DNA of 64,000 nt from Lama glama (taxonomy: Eukaryota). Under the pieces are notes generated by a model, which was not told where the DNA came from, searched no databases, and saw only the letters and a program-made list of their open reading frames with translations. This document shows positions 12,411-26,314 of this stretch, one piece after another; position 1 is the first letter of the stretch, and the number at the start of each line of letters is the position of its first letter. The translations under genes were made by a program, and so were the position numbers. The DNA is taken from positions 98,706,001 to 98,770,000 of the forward strand of contig CM052816.1 in the NCBI GenBank assembly GCA_028534125.1, in the 5' to 3' direction.

Positions 12411-13968
12411 GTTTTTTTTTTAATAGTTGGTTTATAATATTGTGTTAGTTTCAGGTGTACAATGAAGAGATATGACTGTAAATATATATATATATATATA
12501 TGTATATGTATATATATTGATTCTTTTCCATTATAGGTTATTACAAGATATTGAATATAGTTCCCTGTGCAGTATAGTAGGCCCTTGTTGTTTATCTATT
12601 TTATACACAGTAGTGTGTATCTGCTAATCCTAAACTCCTAATTTATCCGTCCATCCCTTCCCCTTTGGTAGTCATAAATTTGTTTTCTATATCTGTGACT
12701 CTGTTTCTGTTTTGCAAATAAATTCATTTGTACTCTTTTTCTAGATTCTACATGTAAGTTATATCATATGATATTTGTCTTTCTGTCTGACTTACTTCAC
12801 TTAGTATGATCATCTCTAGCTCTCTCCATGTTGCTACAAATGGCATTATTTCATTTTTTATGGCTGAGTAGTAGTCCGTTGTATATATACATCTTCTTTA
12901 GCTAGTCATCTGTCAATGGACATTTAGGTTGCTTCCATGTCCAAATATATATTATAAATATACACATTCATACATATTTTATATATGTGTGCATATATAT
13001 ATACAATATATAATGGAGTGTATAATATGAAAAAATATATATATGTATACACCATATCTTCTTTATCTAGTCGTCTGTTGATGGACACTTAGGCTGTTTT
13101 CATGTCTTGGCTATTATTAATGGTGCTTCTGTAAACACTGGGGTGCAAGAATCTTTTTGAATCAGAGTTTTCAACTTCTCAGGGTATATGCACAGAAGTA
13201 GAATTGCTAGATCATATGTTAACTCCATTTTCCGTTTTTTAAAGGAACCTCCATACTGTTTTCCATAGTGGCTGCACCAATTTCCATTCCCACCAACCGT
13301 GTAGGACAGTTCCCTTTTCTCCACACTCTCTCCCGTGTTTATTATCTGTAGACTTTTTGATGAGGCCATTCTGACTGGTGTGAAGTGGTACTTCCTTGTA
13401 GTTTTGATTTGCATTTCTCTAGTAATTAGTGATGTTGAGCATCTTTCCATGTGCCTAGTGGCCATCTGTATGTCTATCTTTTTAGGTTTTCTGCCCACTT
13501 TTTGATCGGGCTGTTTGCTTTTCGTTATTGAGTTGTTATGAGCTGTTTGCATATTTTGTTGGTTGCCTCGTTTGCAATATTTTCTCTCATTCCGTAGGTT
13601 GTCTTCTCATTTTGTTTATGGCTTCCTTTCCTGTGCAAAACTTTATAAGTTTGATTAGGCCCCATTTGTCTAGTTTGCTTTTCTTTCTTTGCCTTGGGAG
13701 ACTGCCCTCAGAAAACATCGCTACAATTTATGTCGAGAATGTTTCGCCTGTGTTCTCTTCTAAGAATTTTACGGTGTCCTGTCTTATATATTTAAGTCTT
13801 TAAAGTTTGGAGTTTATTTTTGTGTGTGGTGTGAGGGAGTGTTCTAGCTTCAGTGATTTACGTGGGGCTGTCCAACTTCTTTCCAACGTAATTTGCTGGA
13901 AAGACTGTCTTTTCTCCATTCTATGTTCTTGTCCCTTTTTTCAAAGGTTACTTGACTGTAGGTGTGTG
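12411..13968 (-). mobile_element. 5'-truncated L1 (ORF2 C-terminus and 3' UTR)
   Basis: Poly-T at 12412; ORF 13100-13552 resembles L1 ORF2 ([19 protein letters not shown]); internal TA-rich tracts. Confidence 0.9.
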
Positions 13969-14196
13969 AGGAAGTTTGGAAATGATGAAAAGATGTAAGT
14001 TTCTTAGACCCACCATTAAGGGATATTGTTAGTCACAGTGATTAATATTGGGGTTAGTATCACACTGAAGTTCAAGTTTAGGGCAAATGAAGAGAAGGGG
14101 TTGGGATATGCTGGTACCTTCATGAGCATAAGATAAATGGAATAAAGTTTTAAAAGCTGAGAAAGCTCCATGAAAGTTATGAAAGTCACTAAGGTG

Positions 14197-14642
14197 TGTT
14201 GACCAAAAAAAAAAGTACAACCTGAAAGTTGAGACTTATATTTCATTCATAGAACGTGCTGAGGACTTAAGCCTGGGAGACAGCCTCTCAGACAGCAGTA
14301 AGGGCCTGTTCTGAAGAGGCAAGGGAGGAGCCAGGATATACAGGGGTTTTTTTGGAAAAAAAAAAAAAAGAAAAACAAAAAAAAATCGAACATCAAAAGA
14401 TTACTGCTAATAAAAGAAAACAAAAAAAACCACCTCAAGTTAATGAATTTAGCAGGTTTCTGTGTATGGGAAGATGCAAGAGCCTGGGCTCCTCGCAGTC
14501 CTCCCTCTGACACGCACCGCCAGCACCTAGGGTGGGGAACCTGCTTTTCTGCTCTCGTGGTGCACGGTTGGAGGCAGCTGCAGTGGCTGATGGCCTGATG
14601 GCCTTCTTTTACTGATGTAGCAGGTGACATTCTTTGTCCACG
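14197..14642 (-). mobile_element. ERV1-type solo LTR (MER41-like), degenerate
   Basis: Homologous to 37851-38295 (aaagttga, gacagcctct, ctcaagttaa.gaatttag, tttactgat); target-site duplication (TSD) not resolved. Confidence 0.65.
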
Positions 14643-17600
14643 GGAATCAAGGTAAAACCTCGGAGTTGATCAGCTGCTGGCAGGCGGCCACCGGAGATTA
14701 AAGGGTGTTCACATTTCATCCTGGTTTCTTCCAAATGACAGGTCGGTGAAGGCGGGATTAAAGCCCAGTGGAGGACTCACGTTTTTGGTGTCTCCTCTGC
14801 CTTGAGGTTTTCCTTCCTGCTCCTTCCATCAAATGAACCCTGATTTCCTTTGCAGAACTCACTCCCTTTCCATGGGGTGACGCCGCACTCGGGTAGGGCT
14901 GGATGGACAAAGCCCGTGCCCCTCACCAAGTCACACAGTTGTGCAAGAATTAGCCTCCCCAGTGCTTAACTCAACATCTGCATTTCAAAGGGGCCCTGGG
15001 AGGTCTCGCCCCGTCCCCAGAACAGAGCTGGTGTGAGTGTGAGGGGGGATCTCTGCTGGGTCCGGGGGACCTCGGGCCCCACTGCGGGCGCAGCAAGCAG
15101 CCCCTTGCTCACGAGCGTGGACCTGGCTGGATGGGCAGTCATGACTACGGCAAGAGAGGGAGTCTGATTCAGTGTTGGGAGGAAAACCGTAGGTTGATTC
15201 TATCAAGAAAGGAGACTAGTCAGTGGCCCCATCTGGGGAGAAGGGAAAGAAAGGGGCAGGGCTGAGGCAGGGTGTGCAAACGAGCGGCCCCAGCCGTGCA
15301 GTGAGCCGAGAACGGAATTGGGGCTTGACCCGATGGCAGCTTTGCATGCTGTCCTGAGGCACCGCAAAAGTGGCAGGGGTGGTGGCTTGAGGTGGAGCTC
15401 AGGGGGCAGCTGGCCCCCCACTGGGGAGTGGTCTGCGAGAGCTTATGGACGAGCTTGCATCCCTAGGGAAAGAACCTGGATTTTAAGGAAAAAGGATCTG
15501 TTTCTGTTGCTTCTCGGACTTTTCTGTGATCAGAGGAGGTGCGGGTGATAAGCCACTTGTTGCCCAGGGCACGGATCTTACCTGGCCTCCCACCCTCCAA
15601 CATCCCTGCTGGGACGTGTCCTCGCCGGGAGGGTGGCAGCTCCTGTGTGCCGTGGCCGTGGCCCGAGCGTGGGGGCAGCCGCGGGGGGATGCCCGAGCTC
15701 TCAGGAGGGAGGGGGCTGCCTGGAGGCCTGGGTGGGAGCAAACGGGAGTCCCCTGGGGCGGCCGGCGGGGCCTTGGGGCCTACGGGGAGCATCGCGCAGT
15801 CTGCTCCTCTCCAGGGCACTGGATGTGAGTACACTGATGTCTTTACGTCATTTTCTATACATTTGAAATGTTTCATAGTTAAAATTTTAAAAATGAGCTG
15901 AAGAGAAGTAAGTAAGAGCAGGTGCAGAGGAACCAGGGACTGAGCTCGCCAGGCTTGGAGGACTGGCTGCGCGGGGTGCACAGGGTGGGTGATGGCTGGA
16001 CCGGCGGGAGAGGTCAGGGCAGAACAGCCGAGAGAAAAGCTGGTATTTCAAAAAGCCCTGGATTCTCCCCTATTTGCAAGGCCTTTCAGACAATGGTAAA
16101 ACTTACGGAAAAGTTTAAAAGTCACCGATGAATTTTGAGGAGATCTGCTTTCCGCTTATCTCTGGAAGGAGCTTTCCCAGAGGAGCAAAGTGAACGAACA
16201 CTCGCACCTCTGAGCCCCAAGAGTGAGAACCAATGGGCGCTTGTCTGGCGACAGGGGTGAGGGCCACGTGGCCCTGGGGATTCTGCAGAGCGAGGCCGGA
16301 TGTCTGTCTGCTGAGGGGACAATCCCCAGGGGAACGGCTGGTCCCCATCCAGGTGACAGATCCCCCGTGGCCTCCAGTGCCAAATGAGTCACCGGATGTT
16401 CCTCGGGGCAGCAGAAGGGCGACCAAAGAGTCCCCTTGCTCTGGGGGCCCTGCCCCCTGCCCAGACACAGCTCGCCAGCCTGGAATCGGCCAGACGGACG
16501 TGGGGGCAGACAAGCACAGGGGACTGTTGACACTGCTGGGCAGCATGAACGAGCCCTAAGACGTTTATAGCTCAGACAGAGACATTCACTGCAATTCACA
16601 AATATCACATTGGCCTGGAAAGTCCATTTGTCACTCGTCTTGACGCTTGCCCGGGCGTGTCGCTGGGATTTTAGCGCAAAGTGCCTGAGAAAGGTTATGA
16701 GATCTGGGACCGAATCACGGGCACCAGGAGAAAAAACCACAAAACAAAACAAAACAAACAAACAAAAAACCCTGCGTGGAGACCACGGCGGCTGCTCTGG
16801 CACAGACACTCAGGCAGTGTCTCCCCTGGGAACGTGAAAGCCCACGATCAAGCAGAGCTTGGGAAAAATTAACCATTCCTCTGAGATGCCAGGAAATCTC
16901 AAAGAATCCTTCCCTCGAGGATGCCCTGGAGGCTGGTAGTGCTCTTTGTCCACACCCTCTCCCGCACCTATTTTATCTCTTACCCTCACCACACACTGTA
17001 GAGTTCTCACTCCCAGGCTCGGGGCTCCCCCACCTGAGCGAGCCCAGGGGCCGCGGGGAAAGACTCCAGGTTTCAACAAGGTGTCTGCTCACTCCCCTGC
17101 TTTCTGTCTGCTGTTTTCCCTCTTCCAAACTCCAGCTTATGCCAGAGCTGCCCAATACACATTTTTCCCGCAAAATGTTTCTCAGTGCATCTTCTCTAGC
17201 CGCGCATTCGGAGGGTTGGAGCTGCACGGCGCACCGAGAGTTGACGGGTCTCGTGGATAAGGGGGCTTCAGGGGAGGAGGTCAGCTGTGAGGGGGCAGCT
17301 GGGGGAGAGGCTCCGTGGACCATGAAGCCTGTGCCCTGACTTGTCATGATAACCCTTCTCCCCTGTGCGGTGTTGGTAGGTCTTTGGATAGCTCAGATGT
17401 CCAAGGACTATTGACAACAGAAGTTTGGGGGTCCTAAATTTTTCTGTGAGGACAGGCAGAGAAGCTGGTAAGGGAGACACATGTTGCTTTCTGGACGACG
17501 GGCAGAGACCCAGTGCAGGGTGTGCAGGGACTCCAGCCTGCTCTGCCGTTCCTGTTGCTGGACCGCGGGGGAGACGCGAACACTCTGGGCTCTTCCTTAT

Positions 17601-17795
17601 CTGACCGTTAGAATAAACGGGTGGCTCTATCCGCTCACCTTTTTCTCTCCTTGTTAGGATTCTTTCCCAGACACTGGTCCTTCTCAAACACAAGGGTTCT
17701 ATTTGAACTTTCAAGTAAGTTGCTCTTTACAAAGTCAACTGGTTTATACCCAACCATCACAATTCTCATGGCCTCATTTTCTAAAAATACATAAA

Positions 17796-17819
17796 GTGTG
17801 TGTGTGTGTGTGTGTGTGT
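17796..17819. repeat. (GT)12 microsatellite
   Basis: Direct inspection. Confidence 0.95.
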
Positions 17820-18269
17820 CTCAGGGGCACACTGTTCATCCAGTGGACATCCTAGTCCCCTTGGCTGTGACTCACACTGCTGGATTTTACCTTAGGTGTT
17901 TGGACACCTACTTACGGCTTGAACTGTCCTAGAACAGATGGCCGCAGCTGAGAGAAGAAGTTGTGTGCGCCCAGACGATTGCCTGTCGGCTGGCAGTCCG
18001 CGCAGCTGAAGGCAGTGAGGGTTGCTCAGCCTCCAGGTGCTGGTGGGGGAAGCTCAGGGTGTCGGGGAGTGTGTCAGAGGTGAGTGTAGATCTGCCGGAA
18101 CCTTCAGGCTGGCATCTAAGCGCTGCTGTTTAACTTGCAACAATACACGGTTTAAAGAGGAAAACGTTTGACCAGATAAAAGCTATAGAAGAAAACCTAG
18201 CGCTCTTCAGCACTTTCCGTCCCGCAACTGCGCTGTGCTCTGAGCACTGGTTCTGCCTTTGTCCCCGTC

Positions 18270-19385
18270 CAGTCACCACAGGGAGCCCACCCATCCTTGC
18301 AGCTGCGTGGGCCCCAAACCTGGGCGTCATCCTGGGCCCCTCTCTCTGCTCACACCTACATCCCATCCGTCAACAAGTCTTCTTGTCCCCACCTCCAGAA
18401 TGGATCCAGGCGTGGCCTCTGGCTCATCACCGCCAGCCCCTCCCATCCAGACAGCTTCCATCGCCCCGCAGCCGGCCTCTCCGGCTCTGCCCTCTCATCT
18501 CACCCCTTCTGCTTAGAGCAGCCAGGGTGATTTTACCAATCGCAGCCCTCCTTAGCCACCACGCCGCCATCCTGCCCTGCACCCTGCTCACTCAGGTGCA
18601 CGTGAACCCCGTGGTCCAGGGGCTCCTACAGTATGGTGCCCCCAACCACTGCCCCAGCTCCCGCCCGACCTCCCTGCCTCCACGGCATTTCTCACCCCCA
18701 CCAGGCGGGGTTCTGCTGTCCCTTCTGACCAGGTGATCTTCTCCATATGCATGTCCTGCTCCTTTCTCCTTTTTTTTTGATCTCAACCATCCCTGAAGAG
18801 TGAGGCTTCCCTGTGCAGTAGCGACCCTCCCTCCCCTCATCAGCCCAGACCCCAGAGCTCCTCTGCACTTTAATCCGTAGCACTGAGAAGTGCGGACATG
18901 GTGTGCTTGTGCGTGGTGTGTGTGCTGACCCCTGTGTATCCTGAGGTTGTGGGAGGAAATCTGGTCATGGCCTCTCCTCTGGCTTCTGGGGGTTGCTGGC
19001 AATCTTCAGCTGGTAGCAGCCTCACTCCAACATCTACTTTCATGCCATTGCCTTCTCCCCAGTACGTGTCTGTGTGTCCAAATTCTCCCTATAATAAGGA
19101 CACCCTTTTTATCCTGATCTACCCTCATTTTAACATAATTACATCTGCAAAGACTCTATTTCCAAATAAGGTCTCATTCTGATGCAGTGGGGGTAAGACT
19201 TCAACATCTGAATTTAAGAGGACACAATTCAGCCCATGATGGGGTGTGTTTGTACTTTGCAATTTACAATCTGTACCCACCACTAGAATGAAAGGACATT
19301 TAGCTGTTTTGTTTGCCACTATCCATTCAGCCCCCAGAACAGAATCAAGGTCATGGTGGTGCCCAACACAAAGGAGTGCATCCAA
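18270..19385 (+). mobile_element. L2 LINE relic interrupted by MLT1
   Basis: aaacctgggcgtcatcctgggcccctctct...catcccatccgtcaacaagtc matches L2; the L2 3' end resumes near 19245. Confidence 0.6.
18935..19240 (-). mobile_element. MLT1B/C-like MaLR LTR
   Basis: acatctgcaaagactctatttccaaataaggtc...gacttcaacatctgaattt...gacacaattcagccca is the reverse of the MLT1 5' end. Confidence 0.75.
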
Positions 19386-21587
19386 AGGGTACAGAGGTCC
19401 CCTCCTGTCACCTGGTCATTTCTGTCGGGATAGTTACCAACCAAAAGACGGATTCCGAGGAATCTCTGGCCTGAATATGAAAAGGTTTAGACTCAGTTTG
19501 TGATGCTAAAGAAAGACATTGAGTGGAGCTACTCTGTTTTTTATTATTATTAACGTGCACATTTTAGTTTCTTCTGGCTAACGTCTCTACCGCAGGAATG
19601 TCCTCAGCAAAGCTGTCACTAATTAATAGGGGGTTTCAGAGCTGAGCGGTTTATAATCACAGAAACAGTGTGATCACGGTTGGTCTCCTTGTCCTAACTC
19701 TGTTACTTGAGTGTTCAAACAGCTGACAGTCTCTAGGGAATCTCAGCATCTCTTGGCACCTCGCCGCTTCTGCCACGTCTCTCCTTCCCTTCACATTTTC
19801 TGACTGTCTCACCATCTTCAGCTGAATCTTGGTGCTTGAGGCCAGGGGATGAGTCATCTTTCTATCAGCATAAATGCTTGCACCTGCACATTTGGATGCA
19901 GGCTCATCCAATCACAAATGACTGCACTTGTGTCATTTGCATACACAGCAGGTGCATCCCATTAGGCTGCAGCACCATCAGTGTTCCCGGAAGCGCCTCT
20001 CAGCAGGTGGAGGTGGGACTGGGGATTCAGGAGAAAGGGTTGCCTCTCACTGCATTCAAAGGGAAAGATTAAAAAAAATAAAAGAAAAAATCCAAAGCCA
20101 ACATAAAAAACAAACATCTCAGAAGTCAAGCATTTCCACTGTGTCCAAATTCCTCTTCTATCCTTAGTTCTTTCAAGGGAAAAATCAGATGCTCACTAAA
20201 TCTCTTCCAACTACCAAAAAAAAAAAAACAACACATGCATATAAATATCTTTACACTTGGTGACCTCAGATCAAATTCAGCTGTCACCTAACGGTCACCA
20301 GAGATCAGTGAATAATGGGTTGCTCCAATACTGATGATTCTGTAGAGGCAGTTTATAAATTGTGACTGCGTCGATTCTTGCTACTTGTCTTCTTTAGCCA
20401 AAAAAGGTGACGATTCTGATGTGAGTGAATGTTGCACTTTGGTGAAACAAGGGTCTTGCACTCAAGCACGTTAGGATGCAGGTAAGGGCATCTCCCACAA
20501 AGCGGCAGAGTGTGAGAGAACCGGCCCTGGAGAGGCTGGCCTGTCAGAGCACGCACAGTTCACCCAAAGGCGTTCACACATGTTTCGTAAAAGGAAAAAA
20601 CTGTGGACCAAACAAGAGTTCTCTGTGCGTGGGTCTTGGCCCTGGAGCCAGCAATTTGTGACGCTGGAGATGCAGAGGCAAACCACCCACCTACAGCTCG
20701 TGGACCCCAACCAATAAATAGATTAAAGGTTCAAAGTCAGTCGTCAATCGCTGTGCCACTTCATGGGCACATGTGCAGAATGACACCCTCGCAGGTCACA
20801 TGAGCTCGTCAAGTAGAAGATAATTTTCCTCTTTTTTCTGGTTACAGAATTGGGATGAAGTCTCTCAGCACCAGGATGCTAACCTGGACACGAAACTGAG
20901 CCTATTTCTTTGGGTGCAGTGGATGCAGACCCCCGTTTTGTTCCAGGAGATTCTTCTGCCAGGCTGTTACCGCTGCACTCTCCGACAGGATGTGGGTGGC
21001 TCTGGGCTCCCTGTGCCCCTGCTAAGTGTCCCTGTCTCTCCTGGAATGGACATTCGAGGCAAGCAGCTCACAATGCCACGGGCCTGGGAGGAAGCAGCCC
21101 AGCGTTCCCACTTCATCATCCACGGCTCCCAGAATTGCGGGAACTGATGGTGCTTCCTGCAGGAGCCCCCTGGGGAGGCTCAGTACAAGCACCCCTCTTC
21201 TGCAAGGCGGGGGCACAGGGAAGGGGCTGCTTCTTGGAAAGTAGCCCCCAGAGAAGAATGCGTTTGGAGAAATTGAAGTTTTTCTCTAAGCTTTTTACCA
21301 GAAACTTTTAGGACTTTTTCCTACTTGCCCATATCTGTTCCCGATTTTCCCCCATGCTCCCTTTCTGTCAGGGTTCATGCAGATGAACACTCTAGAACTC
21401 AGAGCATGGTGCTTCGGGCTGGGTCACTGAGCCCTGAGTGTTGGTCGTCTGTGTTTTTGCGCTGCACCTCGATAGGCCAGGCTCCCAGTAGCTTCTAAGG
21501 AAGTGCCGGCTAATTTGGTCATCGGCACCTTAGGGCTAGCTCCCCTCCCTGCTCCCCCACGCCGGGTACCCTACGATGGGGCCCTCT

Positions 21588-22046
21588 GGTTAGTGTCCTA
21601 GGATTTCTGTGACAAATAACCCCAGACTTGACTTGATGGCTTACAATCACACCCATTTGCTCCCTCCCGGTTCTGGAGGCCGGACGTCTGAGATCAGGTC
21701 ACAGGGAAGAAGAGAAGGCTCCGCACGGCTGTGCCCTCTCCGGAGGCTCTGGGGGAGAACCCATCCCGTGTCGCTCAGTGCCTAGGGCCGGCAGGCGGTC
21801 CTGGGCTTGTGTCTGCGTCACTCACATCTTTAAGACTAGCCCTTTCAAATCTCTGTTCTGTCATCACCATCGCCTACTTCTGTGGTCAAATCTCTCTCTG
21901 CGTCTCCCTGAGATAATCCAGGAGGGTCTCCCCATCTCAGGATCCTCAGCCTCATCTGCAGCCTCTTTCACCTTATAAAGGATGGTATCTCCAGCCCTGG
22001 GGTTGAGGACCCGACCCCTTCAGGAGCCACTGGTCAGCCTACCCCA
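21588..22046 (-). mobile_element. MLT1D/E-like MaLR LTR
   Basis: ttctggaggccggacgtctgagatcag...gataatccaggagggtctccccatctcaggatcct. Confidence 0.65.
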
Positions 22047-22644
22047 TCTCTCCAAAGAGGGGCTGTCTGGACTTAGGGGAGGGCTACACACATGGAGTGC
22101 TCACCAAGAAACATGTGGGGAGAGGCTGGGCTGCCTGGCCCACAGCTGCTCAGTCCAGCGGAGGGATAATATTTGAGCTAAGAAACAAAAACCCAGACTA
22201 ATCTAAACTCAGGATCACGGGCTCAGAGAGTGGGACGGGTCTTTAGTGAACAGCTGTCTTCATTTCCACTTCGCCCCAGGCTGCAGCGACTCTGTCTATT
22301 GGGGCAGTTCCCTGTCTGCTTCAGTGTTTCAGAGGGGCATTCACTAACCCCACGCTTACAGAGCAATTCTTCCCGGACAGTCTGATCGTGCTGCCCCCTC
22401 CCCTGTCCCCTGTGAACACAGCAGGGAGTCCTCAGCCCCTGGGGAGGAAGTTCAAGCCCCCGCCCACTTTCCATCCCTTTGTTGCGTCAGGTGCAGCCTG
22501 GCCCTCAGTCCCTCCCTGAGCGTCAGTCCCTCAGTGCTGGCACTTAGTGTCCCCCAGACATGCTGCGCGGTTTTACACCCCGGTGGCAGGCACAGGCTGC
22601 TCGCCCGCTTCTCTCTCTTCGCAGTGTCCCCTCTGTGGTGTGGT

Positions 22645-22960
22645 TGCCCACCTCGTGCATTGGGCAGTTTTTGCTTTATCTGTTCTGAGGCTCTGTTACT
22701 AGGTACATACATGTTTTTAAGCATGTATCTTCCTGTCCTTCCCCTTCTCGTGAATGCGACCTTTGTTCTCTGCCTTGGTGTCTGACATGAGCAGAGCTGA
22801 CCCCCCTGTAGTTACATTAGTATTTTCTTGGTACAGCTTTTTCTCCCATTTTTCTTCTTGCAAGTTCTGCGTACCCTGATGTTATAGATGTGGCCCGTGT
22901 AACGGCATACAGCCAGATTTTCTAAGTTAAAGATTATCTCTGTCCAGTTACAGGAACTTC
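22645..22960 (-). mobile_element. Ancient L1M ORF2 fragment
   Basis: cagtttttgctttatctgttctgaggctctgttactaggtacatacatgtt matches the reverse of the L1 endonuclease region. Confidence 0.5.
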
Positions 22961-25900
22961 TCGTTGTGTTGGGGCATTCATATCTCCCGAACTTGTGTCA
23001 CTCAAGGAAGTTCTTCATGATTTTGCCTCCCATGAAAATAATCTTTAATATTATGTAATAATGAGAATAATAATTAAAATAATAAAAAAATATTAAATTG
23101 ACTCAATTAAAAAAATCAAATAGGTGCTACCTGCTTGCCCTAACTAATAGTACCTATCAATGAGGTCATGAGTATAATGAAATACATGTGTGTATGTGTA
23201 TGTGAGTGTGTGTGCCCTAAAATATATTAAAATAGATATGAAAACATTGAAATAAAAAAATGTGTCTCCACGCACGACTTGGAATCTTCTAGGGTCCCTC
23301 CAGGATGTATACTCTCATTTTAGAAGCCCTAGAATATTAAATTCATTTTCTAAAACAAAGAACTATCTATTTATGTAAGACTACTTAGATCAGCAAAGAC
23401 TTTGAGGATTTCTTACAACAATAAATATAGGATAACAGAATTAGCAGCTGAGGGCATCTGGGAAAAAGGACACTGAGGAGAGAAAGGCCGTGGAACCAGG
23501 GCTATGAAATGACAGTGTGTCGCGGTCTGCTAGACACAGGTCCCCAATTTTATTTGCCAGAAGAATTAGCAGAAACATAAATGTTTACTAGTCAGAGTCC
23601 CCATAAAACAAAAAATCAGTGAGTTGTTCAGAAGGAATGCGAATGTCCCGGCAGCTGAGATGTGAAGACATTGCTCCCCGGGGCGCCTGGGGGGAGGACA
23701 CTGCGGGATGCTGGCTTCCACAGCTGCCCGGGGTAGAGGCACAGCCCGTCTCCTACAGCGGCCACGGCCGGGGCGCACCGTCTGGAGGTGAGGAAGCCCT
23801 CCGCAGGATGGACGGGCCCTGCTCTGTTCTCTTCCCCGGCGCTGCTGAACCAAGGCAGGGAGGAGGGGACCACGGATGGAGGGGAGGCTCTGCTGAAGGA
23901 AAACCTCCATTCATATTTCTGCCAACTGAGCTTCAAGCAAGCGGCAGAGGCTCACAGTCGTTCTTGAAAGATACCTGGAGTGTGGCTGTGCCGTTTTACT
24001 CAGTTCAGACTGAGTGAGGCTAGTTCAGGCCCCTTTATTACGTTTTCACAAACACTCTCACACGCACCCACGCTTTCCTTTTTAAAATATAAAAAAATTC
24101 TATAAATGGCATATATATGCATGTGTGTGTATCTCAACTTGTTTACATTTAGTATCTGTCTTGGGGACGCTTCGGTGCTGCCTTTACTGCACCAATTTAG
24201 CTGCAGATTTGCTGGGTTTTGTTTCAGCCTGATTCTTGGCCAAAAAGTCACACCGGCTGTGACTCAAGACCTGCTCTGATGGTGAAGAGCTCGGCTGGGG
24301 AGGCCAGGAAGGACCTGCTTATGACACCCATTGTCCTCCACCTCCATGCAGATGACCCTGGTCAGCCACTCAAAAGTAATTTAATTTTACTGTGTCGTCA
24401 ATTAAAACACGAATACTATTTTATAAAAATTGGGTTCCTGTTTATAAACACTTAGCATCTTGCCTGGCTCCCAGTTAGAGGGCTACTGTTATAAAACATA
24501 TTATCAGTAATTTCATATTCCTCTGATAATTTTTGTGTCCTAAGCATTGAATCAACATAAAGTCTATCGTCCAAACTAAAGGAGAATATTTGTAGGCTAC
24601 ATACTGTTAGTTCTTTATTTCCCAAAGGGGTTGGGGACACTTTTTCTTCAGATATTTTGGAGATTTTTTTTCTGTTTTCCATCACGTACTCTGAGTAGAC
24701 CTCATGATTACACTCTGCCTTGTACGAAGCTCATCTAGTACATTTTCCCTTTAAATTATTTGATTGATTTTCGTCACCATTCTGGTCAAAGTGTGGAGAA
24801 TGTGAATTTACACCTGTATTCAGGGAGTGGTTGACCATTTGTGTTAAATCTATTGAGCAAAGCCTGGGAGTGTCGGTCAGAAGAAGACACCGGGGAGACA
24901 GTCAACAGCCGTTGGCAGGAAAGGTATGAGCTAAAAAGTGTCTAATGTTTTGACATCAAGCAAACATTTTGAAATATGCAATGATCACAAATTAACGTAC
25001 ACAGTGATGAGAACTGCTCATCTGTTGGCTGCATGAATCTGAGAGATTGCTACCAGTGTGGTGTTTGTGTGTGCTGAAAGTTAGTTTCTTCTCTTTTCTG
25101 TCAAAAATAAGTTGTAAAAGGGGTGGAGAGGAGGGATGGGGTAAAACGTACAGTGTGACTAAACGCCAAGATTCGCCTCTAACTGCTGCCCCCTCCCCCC
25201 TGCCGCCCCAGCTTGGCCACAGAAACCTAACCAAACATCCTCCAGGAATCACTGTGTATTAATGAGAAACTCCAGCCTCCGGAGGAGGGCAGATGTGATC
25301 CAGTCAGTGACAACGTGGGGCCTGAAGGATGTTGCCTGGGAAAGAACAATGCTTGGGGTTTTCCAGGGCAGGATGTGTGGGTTGAATGACTTTTTATTTG
25401 ATTTTTTCTTAATTTCCTGAATATGTAGGCAACAGTTGTGAGCCCTGAAGGCCTGGGGTGGGGGTCGGGCTGCAGTCATGAACGACCCACTCAGAGAATT
25501 CCAGAATGGAGACAAAGGGAGGTCACTTGGTGGAACTGAGCTGGTTCCGTGTCTGGGGGGGGGAGAGGACAGGTCAGTCCCACGCTGAGGGCCCAGGACA
25601 TGTGGCGCATTATGTTCAGGTGGCTGGAAAACGCTCTCCGTCTGCAGGCAAGGCTGGCCCTACGCTGGGAGGCTTCCGGTTCTGCAGTTCATCCTAGGAT
25701 GGGAGGGCCTGGGGAGGCTCAGATGTGGGTGTGGGATGATTTAAGAAAGACTCCAAAAAGACCGATTTGTCCCTTTAGGAGGTTTAAGATTCAGAGTGTA
25801 ACATGCAGCATCAAAAGGTCTGTCTTGAGTGTGCTTTGACCTAGAGAAGCTCACACTGCGTGTCACGGCACAGCCACACACGGGACAAGGGCCAGTCATC

Positions 25901-26314
25901 AGGGTCTTGCTGTAGTGGATGCAGCAGCAGGTGGGCTGCTGGGGAAGAGGAGAAGGAGGCAGGTCAGCTGCAGGAGGAGGACTGGCGGAAGGAGGCAGCA
26001 CCCGGAGGCCCAGGGGCTCCAAAGCCCTGACCTACAGCCACACTCAGCTAAGTCACACACAGAAGACACAGACCCTGAGAACACAGGTGCTACGTAAGGA
26101 CGAGACACTGGAGGAAGGCTCAGGAGGCACCCCGAGATACACAGAAACTGTTTCCTAGTTTCCAGGTTAAGTACTGATCTTCTCTGTCATGTGAGGCACA
26201 GATCTCTTGGGATTGCTTAGAAAATAATAAATGAACAGACTCACTTTCTCTGTAATCCTTTTCCTCCTTTGCTCACCCTCCTTGAAAAGTGTAGCTCATC
26301 ACTGTAGTCATCAG

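Noticed and set aside
14140..14190. Periodic GAAAG motifs next to an LTR (possible ISRE)
   Set aside because: The spacing does not fit GAAANNGAAA.
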